NCBI GenBank assembly: GCA_039680575.1
Contig: JBDKSP010000068.1
Span: 1-15,363 of the forward strand
Direction: 5' to 3'
DNA: 15,363 nt
From: Armatimonadota bacterium
GTDB lineage: Bacteria > Armatimonadota > UBA5829 > DTLH01
Shown here: positions 1 to 9,144 of the stretch, piece by piece
How the letters are laid out: each line of letters starts with the position of its first letter
How positions within the stretch are numbered: the stretch's first letter is position 1
Notes under the pieces: generated by a model
Database searches by the model: none
What the model was told of the DNA's origin: nothing
The model's input: only the letters and a program-made list of their open reading frames with translations
Program-made: the position numbers and the translations under genes

Positions 1-238
1 GCAATATACCTACTACTTCTACAACCTTTTTAATAGTACCTAATTGTAATATATGTCACAAACTGTACTCGCAATTAATCCTTCGCATGCACTCTTAACG
101 GAAATTATACTTGTGCGTTTGCCCTGCTTTAGGGGCTTTTCCGAACCGAGTCATTGCGTTCTGCATTTCATCCCACTTGTTTGTATCGCGCGTAGTATCC
201 CACCCACACTCAATTACCTGACAATACGATAAGCTCGA

Positions 239-3200
239 TTAACGTCTATTTACAATCACTTCGTCCTGCTCGGTTGCGTCACCTCGCTTCAGAAGCGTCT
301 CGATCCCGACTCTCATGTTGGATGCAACTGTCTGACCGGTTCGCGCGAAACCGAAAATGCGAGCCGTTTCATTAACTAGATCATCAATTGGCATGCTGAT
401 TTGCCCTTCTAGAATGTGCAGCGCAGCATTGGCGATTTCCTCCGGCGGCAGCTCATTGGCGCTGCGCCGGGAGGCATCGTCGTTTCCAGGAACACGGAAT
501 ATCCTGTAGTGGCCGGGGGTTACTTCAGGCCGCCACAAGAACACTCGTTTCTGACTTGTCGTTCGAGCAACGTTGGCGTGTGATGCTATTTGAGAAATCC
601 GTTCCGCGACCTTCGAACCGACTTTACCTATGCCCCAATGACCTGCTACTCGTCTTGCAGTCAAGTCCAAGCTAACAGGCCCCTCGCATTTGACCACGTC
701 CTCGATGATCTGACGGATCATGCGGTCGGTGCCGGGTTGGTAGAATGAGGTCAGGTCTCCCAGCACCTTTGATATCTTATAGGGTTCGTAAAGTGGGAAG
801 CTCTTACTGACGGGAACAGGCTGAGACCTCTGGGCCTGTTCGGCGCGAACTGGCTCAAGATTCATCGATATTTGTGCTGGCGCAGAAGCGATCTTGGTCT
901 GTTCGACACTCCGCACAGGAGCTTTTTTTGCTTCCTCGATAGCTGCCTCAATACGCGCGAGCTCTTCATTGGGCTTCTCCCACCAATCGGTGGACCACAC
1001 GCGATGCAGTCGCCACCCGAGATCCTTTAGTACTATCTCGCGCAGGCGATCCCTATCACGAGCCGTCTTTGCTCGATGGTAGTTTGCCCCATCACATTCG
1101 ATGCCCAGCAGATAGCGGCCTGGGCTTTCGGGATCGACAACGGCAAGGTCAATACGATATCCTGAACAGCCGACCTGCGAGTGGACTGTATAGCCATGAT
1201 CTCGCAGTGCCTCGCACACTTGCAATTCGAAAATGGACTCACACTCAGCGTTCGGATCCGTGGTGCGCTGTTCTGCAAGAGCCACTGTTCCGCGTTCCGC
1301 ATAATCAAGAAAGCTCTTGAGATCGGCGACGCCTCTCGCGCGAGTCCGAGACAGGTCGATCTGCTCTGACCGGAGAGTCGAGAACACTATGACCTCTCTG
1401 CGAGCACGGGTAATCGCCACGTTTAGCCGTCGTTCGCCACCGTCGCGGTTCATAGGGCCGAAGTTCATGGATACACGGCCTTGCGCATCTGGTCCATAGC
1501 AGATAGAGAAGAGAATGGCATCCCGCTCATCCCCTTGGACGTTCTCCAGGTTCTTCACAAAGACCGGCTCGTTGTTTGGCGCAGACTTGCTATCAAAGTA
1601 TACTTCGATCTCTGGATTCGCTCGGCGTGCCTCATCAAGAAGGTCCTCTACCAGTGCCTGCTGGCTAACACTGAACGTGACGATGCCTACGCTGAACCGA
1701 GAGAGGCCGGGATCACGAAGCCGACACAGGACTTCGGCCACGACGGCCTCTGCCTCAGCCCGATTTGTCCGAGACTTTGACTTGTCATACACGCCCTTGA
1801 CCGGCCGCAGTGATACACCCAATTGCTGCGACGGTGAGGGGAATGTCAGCAGTCGGTTCTCGTAGTAGTGGTAGTTGCTAAACGCTATCAGGCTTTCGTG
1901 TCGGCTTCTGTAGTGCCAGCGCAGATACATGGTCGGGAGTTGCGCGGCCAGACAGTCATCAAGAATGCTCTCCATATCCTCAACTATATCGTCCTCAGCC
2001 TCGGGCTCATCAGAGCGCGTGAAGAAGTTTGTAGGCGGTAGCTGCTTGGGATCGCCCACTATAACAGCTTCACTGCCCCGCGCGATGGCACCAACCGCAT
2101 CCCAAACTGGGATCTGGGACGCCTCATCGAAGACAACCAGATCGAATGGCGGATGCGCTGGGTCAAGATACTGCGCGACTGAGATCGGACTCATCAGGAG
2201 GCACGGCTTCAAGCGCGGCAGAAGGTTTGGTATTTTCTGGAAGAGCTGTCGTATCGGCATGTGCCGGCGTTGCTTCTGCCTTTCTCGTTGAAGGATCCCC
2301 ATTTCTGAATTGTGGTTAGCCGCCTGCCCTCCATGTGGCAGCTTGGCGGCAAGCCTGGCTTGGATCTCATTGCGTGTCATCTCAGTGTATCGCTGATCCA
2401 CTTCCCGGAACTGTTGAATCTTTCGCTCAAACTCTCTACTGAAGAACGTGCGTAGCGCTGGCTCGGAGTCCGTAACTCGATCAACCCACCACTGATAGAA
2501 GCTGCGCCGGAATACAGGTACGATCTGGGCAGGTGAAAGCCCACTATGTTCGTACGCGTCAACCACGGATTGAAGGCCAAGCTCAATAGCCTGATGGCGC
2601 ACCGCACGCCAGTGACACCACGAACGTAGTTCATCGAGATGCTGACTCCATCGATCAAGGCGGGAGGTGACAGTACCCAAATGATCAGGCAGCGAAGTCT
2701 CACCCCACGCGCCCTGAGTATCGAGTGCCAGTGTGGACTCCAGCGCATTTCGCGCACCGGCAAAAGCCTGGGCACTGTCAATATAGTCTCGCAACAACTG
2801 GCCAATAGGGCCACCGGTGGAGAGTTGCTCGTGACCTTCGCTCACCAGCGCAGCCCAATTCTGCCTCAAGAGAGATGCGCGTTCGATATCAGTGCCAGCA
2901 ACTTGGGCTGCCAGCGTTCGCAGCGCCGATGTTGTCTCACGCATTTGCGCGACATCATTCCAGTTAGCTTCCCCCTCCTGCCAGAACTGGCCAAGTAGCT
3001 CGCGTGCGCGGTCGCTGGCCTTAGCAAGACACCTCTCTTCATCCCGCAAAGCACGTGCCGTCCCAAGATCATGGAGCATCGTCGCCGGGTCCACCTGTTG
3101 ACCCGGCTGCGCGACACGTGCGAGCGCTCCCTTTACGCTTCTCCGACCAAGCGCGCGGGGCAGGAACCAAGCCCCATCTGCATCTGCCAGCCTCTTGGAC

Positions 3201-6166
3201 AACCCATCCAAATCGAGTTGGAGCAGTTTCTCTGAGTACCTGATGTAGAGCTGGTTGCGTAGATCATCTCTGCGCATACCATGCGCGATCCATTCAGTGA
3301 CTGAGGCGCTCAGACTCTCCCAGTCTGATGCTGTTATCATTGAGGCTGGGGTGGTGGGAGAATCAAGCAGAGCCTTGGATATGCTGCTAAGAGCGCGCAA
3401 GTCACGTTCGCACCAATCGCCTGTTCCCATCCCAAGCAAGGGAGCTACAGCTTCTGCGGACTGCTGGAGTTTTCGACTGGAGTCACGCAGTTGCTCCAAC
3501 GCAGACTCGACCTCGCCCCGCCAGCCGGGACTCCACTCTTCGCTTGCCGCCGGAGACCATACACTTATGCCTGGATGTATGGATGTGCTAGCCGCTATCT
3601 CAAGCTGACTGACAACATCTTGAAGCCGGTCGAAAACATCGCGGTCCATTCTCCTATCCGCGAGCCAACCCAAGGAAACAGGAACCACATCGCGTAGGCC
3701 GGTAAGCCGAGAGACACCCTGGAACAGGCTCTCGCCGGTCTCTCGAATCTGGTGCAACGCGCGGACATAGGCATTTAGCTCGCCGCGCAGCGCGGCGAGC
3801 CGGTTTGCTTCTCGCAGCCAGTTCTCACTTGAGTTGGAGGTGAAACCATCAAGAGCCTTTCCCAGTTGCTCAACAACATCTTTCTTGTGGCTCTTGTTGG
3901 AATGGACCTCTAGGCAAAACGCACCCAACCCGGACTGAACAAGTCGGCGATGTACCACGCTCAGTGCCGCCATCTTCTCAGAGACAAACAGGACACTCTT
4001 GCCGTTGGCCAGAGCATGAGCGATTAGGTTAGTGATAGTCTGAGACTTGCCGGTACCGGGAGGACCGTGAAGAACGAAGCTCCTCCCTTCCACCGCAGCG
4101 CAGACCGCCGCGAGTTGAGATGAGTCTGCTTCCATAGGGCAAAACATCTCACTGGGTTTGTGAGTATCATCCAGGGCATCGGGATCAGGTAGCTCGCCAC
4201 TGGTCTTATAGGTCTCGTGGGGAGTATTGATCAGGTGAGAGACAACCTTGTTCTTCTGAATGTCCTCCGTGCGGACCTCCAGGTCACGCCACATCAGGAA
4301 CTTAGTAAACGAGAAATGTCCTATGCACGCCATGTCAACCACTTCCCAGCGGTCGATCATCTTGACTGCTTTTCGGAAAGCAGTCAGAATTCCCGAGACG
4401 TCTATCCCGTGATCATCGCGCGGAATAGGGTCCATGCCCGGAACAGACAACTGGAAGTCGTGTTCCAGCAACTCGAGCAATGTGACATTGACTATAGGGT
4501 CGTCATCGCCCTGGTTGATGCTGAAACCTTCTTGGACTGACTTGCGCTCGATCTCCAGCGGAATCAGGATGATCGGAGCCAGACGCCGCTGACTGGAACT
4601 CCCAGACTCATACCAAGCCAAAAACCCCAGCGCAAGGTACAGCGTGTTCGCGCCGTTTTCCTCAAGGCTGGTCCTTGCCTCACGATATATCTCTACAAGC
4701 CGCCGGGTAAGCTCTGTATCGGTCACATCGGAGCGAAGCCGGTGTGCGCGAGACTCCTCTCGGAGCAGTTCTTTGAACGCGTCGTCACCTGTCCTGAGCC
4801 TGTGCACTTCTGTATCGCGCGGCTGGGATTCATCCAGATCGTTGGGACGTGGATACAACCTGAATGCATCGCCGTCAGCCAATGCGTCTTCCAGAGACGG
4901 CAGATCCGGGCACAAAACGGGAAGCGTCTTCTTCGTTTCACGGAAGTTCAGTAGCCGGTTGTTCATGGTGAGATCGAGAAGCTTCCGTTTCCACCTGTCC
5001 AAGCGTGACGCGGGGGCTTCCTCGACCGGTACAGTGGACGCATCAGGAGCCACACTGGGCAAGAACGACGTAGTAACCGGGATGCCCGCACTATCGGGAG
5101 ACTGCTCCACTGGAGTCGCTGCTGCGTTGGCGGTCGGAATGCCGGATCGCATAGGTAGCGGACGAATCCGGCTTTTTCGCGAGCGGCAGATGTCAATAAC
5201 GCAGCGGAACGAATCAGTCTCGTCCAGACGCCTCTGTCCTTCTTTCACGGCTTGATCGAACGGCACTGCGGGATCTGACGTGACAAGGGTCGTCTCAAAC
5301 ACGCACACTTCTCCCAGTTCCACGCGCTTCCGCAGGCGCAGAGCATCGTCAGTGGAGCAATCTGGGAAGCACTCTTCTTCGAGCCAAACACCTGCAAACG
5401 CATGGCCGGTGACAAAGGATATCAGGGGATTGAGTCCTGCTTGCTCCAGGCACGCTGCCGCCAGAACTGCCAAGTCAAGGCAGGTGCCCAGTTTGTTCTC
5501 CAGAACACGGTCCGGAGTGCGTATCTTCTGGCCGGATTCTTCAAAACTCGCCGGCGGGCTGATATAGCGGATGCCACTACGCTGCAACGCAGTATAAACG
5601 GCCGCTGTTGTGATTGCCACTCGATTCCTGTCCTTGCTCTGGTATCCGGACAAGGACGGATCACCCGTCCATTGTTGAAGCAACGAAGCTGCGGCTGCGA
5701 GAATAGTCTCAACAGCCGGGTGGTTAGGCAAAACGAACGCTGCAAGAATCTCTGGTATTCCGCTCAGACCGCTCCACTCATCATAGGCGAGCACCCCGAT
5801 CTTCTCGCTCTTTTGGACTGCTGGGCCCTCTTGCGTCGAGACCGCAACAGATATGGTGCCCAGAACACGTTCGGTTAGCTGGAACAGAAAATTGTGTGAA
5901 AGTGCAAGATCGACCTTACCAAGGTTATACGTCTCGTCCGGGCCGATGGAAGCAATTCTCATCTCCATTGGTGCAGCAAAGGCAGGCTCGGCGCTTATGG
6001 ATACCCTTATGTCCTGTAGGACCGAATCGGATATGTTCCTGATCCGAAGGGAATGGATGACTGGTATATCGTTCTGCTGGGAGGCGTAGTTGACCGTCCG
6101 GCTCAGCATTACCTCAACGGATATAGGATTATCCGAGCCACTCACAGCGATTGATTCATTTTCCAT
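239..6166 (-). CDS. DUF4011 + SF1 (UPF1/DNA2-like) helicase + Vsr/MTES_1575-like endonuclease + DUF3320 protein (Hhe-like anti-phage protein) with N-terminal transglutaminase-like domain
   Basis: DUF4011-type LDRWKRKLLDLTMNNRLLNF; Walker A GPPGTGKSQT; helicase motifs VVFDEASQI, IVGDPKQLPP, HYRS, VQGDERD, RLNVAITRAR; nuclease motifs ESIFE..RIDLAV..IECDG..YH..RDR; C-terminal winged-helix-like region (IVxxEGP-type motif VVKCEGPV, ARIFGFAR). GGAGG lies 6 nt before ATG 6166 but only 3 nt before GTG 6169, so the ATG is preferred. Confidence 0.92.
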   Translation of the reverse strand: MENESIAVSGSDNPISVEVMLSRTVNYASQQNDIPVIHSLRIRNISDSVLQDIRVSISAEPAFAAPMEMRIASIGPDETYNLGKVDLALSHNFLFQLTERVLGTISVAVSTQEGPAVQKSEKIGVLAYDEWSGLSGIPEILAAFVLPNHPAVETILAAAASLLQQWTGDPSLSGYQSKDRNRVAITTAAVYTALQRSGIRYISPPASFEESGQKIRTPDRVLENKLGTCLDLAVLAAACLEQAGLNPLISFVTGHAFAGVWLEEECFPDCSTDDALRLRKRVELGEVCVFETTLVTSDPAVPFDQAVKEGQRRLDETDSFRCVIDICRSRKSRIRPLPMRSGIPTANAAATPVEQSPDSAGIPVTTSFLPSVAPDASTVPVEEAPASRLDRWKRKLLDLTMNNRLLNFRETKKTLPVLCPDLPSLEDALADGDAFRLYPRPNDLDESQPRDTEVHRLRTGDDAFKELLREESRAHRLRSDVTDTELTRRLVEIYREARTSLEENGANTLYLALGFLAWYESGSSSQRRLAPIILIPLEIERKSVQEGFSINQGDDDPIVNVTLLELLEHDFQLSVPGMDPIPRDDHGIDVSGILTAFRKAVKMIDRWEVVDMACIGHFSFTKFLMWRDLEVRTEDIQKNKVVSHLINTPHETYKTSGELPDPDALDDTHKPSEMFCPMEADSSQLAAVCAAVEGRSFVLHGPPGTGKSQTITNLIAHALANGKSVLFVSEKMAALSVVHRRLVQSGLGAFCLEVHSNKSHKKDVVEQLGKALDGFTSNSSENWLREANRLAALRGELNAYVRALHQIRETGESLFQGVSRLTGLRDVVPVSLGWLADRRMDRDVFDRLQDVVSQLEIAASTSIHPGISVWSPAASEEWSPGWRGEVESALEQLRDSSRKLQQSAEAVAPLLGMGTGDWCERDLRALSSISKALLDSPTTPASMITASDWESLSASVTEWIAHGMRRDDLRNQLYIRYSEKLLQLDLDGLSKRLADADGAWFLPRALGRRSVKGALARVAQPGQQVDPATMLHDLGTARALRDEERCLAKASDRARELLGQFWQEGEANWNDVAQMRETTSALRTLAAQVAGTDIERASLLRQNWAALVSEGHEQLSTGGPIGQLLRDYIDSAQAFAGARNALESTLALDTQGAWGETSLPDHLGTVTSRLDRWSQHLDELRSWCHWRAVRHQAIELGLQSVVDAYEHSGLSPAQIVPVFRRSFYQWWVDRVTDSEPALRTFFSREFERKIQQFREVDQRYTEMTRNEIQARLAAKLPHGGQAANHNSEMGILQRERQKQRRHMPIRQLFQKIPNLLPRLKPCLLMSPISVAQYLDPAHPPFDLVVFDEASQIPVWDAVGAIARGSEAVIVGDPKQLPPTNFFTRSDEPEAEDDIVEDMESILDDCLAAQLPTMYLRWHYRSRHESLIAFSNYHYYENRLLTFPSPSQQLGVSLRPVKGVYDKSKSRTNRAEAEAVVAEVLCRLRDPGLSRFSVGIVTFSVSQQALVEDLLDEARRANPEIEVYFDSKSAPNNEPVFVKNLENVQGDERDAILFSICYGPDAQGRVSMNFGPMNRDGGERRLNVAITRARREVIVFSTLRSEQIDLSRTRARGVADLKSFLDYAERGTVALAEQRTTDPNAECESIFELQVCEALRDHGYTVHSQVGCSGYRIDLAVVDPESPGRYLLGIECDGANYHRAKTARDRDRLREIVLKDLGWRLHRVWSTDWWEKPNEELARIEAAIEEAKKAPVRSVEQTKIASAPAQISMNLEPVRAEQAQRSQPVPVSKSFPLYEPYKISKVLGDLTSFYQPGTDRMIRQIIEDVVKCEGPVSLDLTARRVAGHWGIGKVGSKVAERISQIASHANVARTTSQKRVFLWRPEVTPGHYRIFRVPGNDDASRRSANELPPEEIANAALHILEGQISMPIDDLVNETARIFGFARTGQTVASNMRVGIETLLKRGDATEQDEVIVNRR

Positions 6167-6308
6167 CACTATCCTCCAGCCAGCACTAGCCTGGCCTCTA
6201 TTCTTTCCCGCTTCAACTGAGCACTATGTGGAAGTCGGACAACCACTTATCAAGTGTGACACCTACCTACTCGATAGTCTGTGCTGGCAGTATTAACGGT
6301 CAAGCGCC

Positions 6309-7268
6309 CTATTGCGACAGCTTTTCGTGGAAGGGATTCTTCTCGATCACCGCTGCCTGTGTCTTCTCTTTCAAAAACTTTCTCAAGTCCGTCTGCCGTT
6401 CAAGTAGCATTACTAATTCTTGGATGGTGCAGAGCACGACCACTTTCTGAGATAAGGCTCCTCGACAAGCCTCGATAGCTGGGCGTGTATAGCCGGAAGC
6501 AGATATGATAATGCCTCTGACTTCGCCTCTTGAGAAGAGACGAGATATGTGCGGCGTAACCAGTTCAACTCCCAATGGGTCTTTGTGCCATTTCATCTCC
6601 ACCAGATAGATATGACCATCTAGCTCAATCGCGCCATCAATCTGCTCAAGAACAACAGAACCATCACTGCTCTCGACTGTAAACGACTCCTTTACCAGAA
6701 CGCCGGATGTGTCGAATAACCTGTTGAGAACTCCCTCAAGGCTCTTGCCTCGCTTCTGAGGATTGGTCTCTCCAAGCAGTGCGCACAGATCCTTCTTGAT
6801 TGATTCCAGCTCATCTTGCTTTCGTTGCACGGCTTTGAGCTTGGCAGCGTGTTCGGCCTGCCTCTTTTTGCGTTCTTCGTCCTTAGCCTGCTCCATCCTG
6901 GTGAATGCGTCTTTCTTCTGAACCAACTTGCGGATGGATTCAACAAGTCCTATTGCCTCTAATCGGTCGTTGTCCCAGCAGGCGGAGAAGTCCTCCCATT
7001 CCACCACACGCTTTAGGACTTCGCGCCGTTCACGTAACGCCGCTTCGCCTATATCATTTAACCGCTGCAGAACGGTCCTTACCATTTCGTACTTCTTGAC
7101 GCTGTCCCTATCAATGCGCAGCTGTTCAGCGATGTCGGCAGTATATGCGTCGCCCACACCTGCACCCTTAAAGAACAGGAGCACATCCGGCTTAGCTCGA
7201 TTTAGCCGGGGTAGCGCATCAACCAAGAGGTTGAACAACTCAGGTGGGTAGTGGTAGGTGATATCCAT
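6309..7268 (-). CDS. Mrr-like PD-(D/E)xK restriction endonuclease with helical N-terminal domain and coiled-coil linker
   Basis: Catalytic pattern RGKSLE ... EQIDG ... LVEMKW followed by GIIISASGYT, typical of Mrr_cat. Charged linker RMEQAKDEERKKRQAEHAAKLKAVQRKQDELESIKKDL. Start overlaps the upstream stop (TAATG). Confidence 0.85.
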   Translation of the reverse strand: MDITYHYPPELFNLLVDALPRLNRAKPDVLLFFKGAGVGDAYTADIAEQLRIDRDSVKKYEMVRTVLQRLNDIGEAALRERREVLKRVVEWEDFSACWDNDRLEAIGLVESIRKLVQKKDAFTRMEQAKDEERKKRQAEHAAKLKAVQRKQDELESIKKDLCALLGETNPQKRGKSLEGVLNRLFDTSGVLVKESFTVESSDGSVVLEQIDGAIELDGHIYLVEMKWHKDPLGVELVTPHISRLFSRGEVRGIIISASGYTRPAIEACRGALSQKVVVLCTIQELVMLLERQTDLRKFLKEKTQAAVIEKNPFHEKLSQ

Positions 7269-8242
7269 TATGTCTCTGACTCCCGCTCCGTAGCCGCGGT
7301 ATCGCCACCTGAGGCCGCAGTGACAAAGCCACGAGCCAGCCGCCTGACAACTGCTATCAAACGCGACACTTCGGCCGCGTCAATCGTAACTCGCCTGCCA
7401 AGGATAGCGTCCGGATCACCTGATTTGGCGATATAGTCTTCGTCGATCACACCCATCCTGTGTGCAATAAGGTGTCGCTTCTGGAAACACCTGACTGCAT
7501 AAGCCCATTCATCGGCTTCAACGACGCCTGATAGATCAATACCAAACGCCTTCAGCATGCGATCACGGGCACCTGCGAGATTCTGGAACGATACACTCGC
7601 AGTCTTGGCAGGAGGCGGAGTGAACACTTGGCAGGTCTCTCGCCCGAACCCATCCAACGCTGAGACAACATTGCCCAGCGAATCAGAGATAATGGCCTCC
7701 GAAATCTCTGTATCCAGTGAAGCGGCCAATGCCAGTTTCTTCTCGGCTAAGTCAAGATTCTTGTCCAGCATCTGAAGCGAGTTATGTTTGCCGCAGTCCG
7801 GGCAGAACGCAAAGACCCCGTACACCGCATAGCGCAATCCGCAAGTATCACACTCTACCTCCGTTTCAAGTTCTTCTTCGATATAGTGGTGAATCGGGGC
7901 AGGTTTGCCCTCTACTTTGACGCTCAACCCAATACCAAAGCCTCCACGCGGTTTCGACTCAAACTCCAGCGCCTTCTTGGCCATCTTCAGTATGTCGCCC
8001 CAGAGCTGGTTTCCTGCATACGATAGCGCATACTCTCTCTGCGCTTCCGTCCAAAAATCCGATATATCCGATGCATGATTGCAGTAGGGACAGTGCAATG
8101 GGGGATGCCCCTCGGTTATGCCTGTGCCGGGCGTGATCTTGAAGTACCTCTCGCATTCGGGGCACTCGCGACCGAGGTAGCCTTTATCATCGGTATACAT
8201 CGGAACAGCAATCTGCCGAATATCGCCATTGTCACTGCTCAT
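7268..8242 (-). CDS. Zinc-ribbon protein (4x CxxC) with C-terminal HEPN-like RNase motif
   Basis: CPEC, CPYC, CDTC and CPDC pairs; Rx4H motif RHLIAH (7460-7477) in a helical C-terminal domain, preceded by SFQNL; ATGA overlap with the upstream gene. Confidence 0.72.
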   Translation of the reverse strand: MSSDNGDIRQIAVPMYTDDKGYLGRECPECERYFKITPGTGITEGHPPLHCPYCNHASDISDFWTEAQREYALSYAGNQLWGDILKMAKKALEFESKPRGGFGIGLSVKVEGKPAPIHHYIEEELETEVECDTCGLRYAVYGVFAFCPDCGKHNSLQMLDKNLDLAEKKLALAASLDTEISEAIISDSLGNVVSALDGFGRETCQVFTPPPAKTASVSFQNLAGARDRMLKAFGIDLSGVVEADEWAYAVRCFQKRHLIAHRMGVIDEDYIAKSGDPDAILGRRVTIDAAEVSRLIAVVRRLARGFVTAASGGDTAATERESET

Positions 8243-9144
8243 TGTTCTGATTCCTCCGTGCGAGACATCTCATAGAGGAACACTGCAAGCGCTGTCGCCG
8301 AACCCACGACGAGACCAGCAAGCTGCTTGGGTGGCAACTCAAAGGACACATCCTTGCCGTGTCCATTACCTTGCAGGTTTCTGATCTCGGCTATGGACTG
8401 AGTCACGGTAGCCAGCCCATTCAGCATACTTCTTACTGCCCCTGTGGTCTCCTTGCAGCGGTGGGTATCATCTGGGAGTAGGTTCAAACAGGCTATTGTG
8501 GACTTCACCAGCTTGGGGAAGTCTAGCTTGTCCGTGTGCTGGCCGACCTTGTCTTGGAGAATCGTCTTGCAGATTGTCTCGACGAACTCTTTCGCCGTGC
8601 CAATGGCAAGCTCGGGGTCTTCCTCGACTGCCGATTTCATCCGAGCCAACTGCTGCGTCAAATAGTCGGCGTTGATCTCCTGAGCAATTGTTGATGCACT
8701 CTCTAGCGATGCATGTGAGACCAGCAACTTGGTGGGACCGTAGACAGGCCTCCCCGCGATCTCTGATACTTCAGTGATCTGCCAACCTTCTGATCGAAGC
8801 GCTTTGTTGAAGAAACCAGCCAAGCGCTCAACCTCTTCTGCGTCTGCCCTCACGACAGGATGCAGCATCTCACAAAGGAAACGTAAGAGAGCGTCATCCG
8901 GCGAGTCCATTAGGTTAAATCTGGCGTCATCATATATCCAGTCATCAGCCCAGTCGAAAGGGTTATTAACGCGGTGTTGCCATATATCATCGGCAGCGTC
9001 CTTGAATCGGCCGTCGTAGGAGATCATGCTGGTCAAGTCGTATAGCCTCTCGAGAAAGGCGACGTCGTCGAGCTTTCCTGACCAGCTCACTCGCTCTATG
9101 CGTAGCGTATCAAAGATGCTTCGGCGGGTCTGTGCTCCTATCAT
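8239..9144 (-). CDS. Abortive infection protein, AbiJ_NTD3 + Abi_C (HEPN) domains
   Basis: N-terminal WSGKLDDVAFLERLYDL..DGRF..DIWQHRVNN..DW..DWIYDD.RF matches the AbiJ_NTD3 signature. C-terminal DPELAIGTAKEFVETICKTIL and IAEIRNLQGNGHGK (Rx6H, 8359-8382) match Abi_C. ATGA overlaps at both ends. Confidence 0.88.
   Translation of the reverse strand: MIGAQTRRSIFDTLRIERVSWSGKLDDVAFLERLYDLTSMISYDGRFKDAADDIWQHRVNNPFDWADDWIYDDARFNLMDSPDDALLRFLCEMLHPVVRADAEEVERLAGFFNKALRSEGWQITEVSEIAGRPVYGPTKLLVSHASLESASTIAQEINADYLTQQLARMKSAVEEDPELAIGTAKEFVETICKTILQDKVGQHTDKLDFPKLVKSTIACLNLLPDDTHRCKETTGAVRSMLNGLATVTQSIAEIRNLQGNGHGKDVSFELPPKQLAGLVVGSATALAVFLYEMSRTEESEQ

Noticed and set aside
121..140. Intrinsic terminator for the helicase gene
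   Set aside because: The stem GCCCT..GGGGC is short and its T-run is on the plus strand, the wrong direction for this gene.
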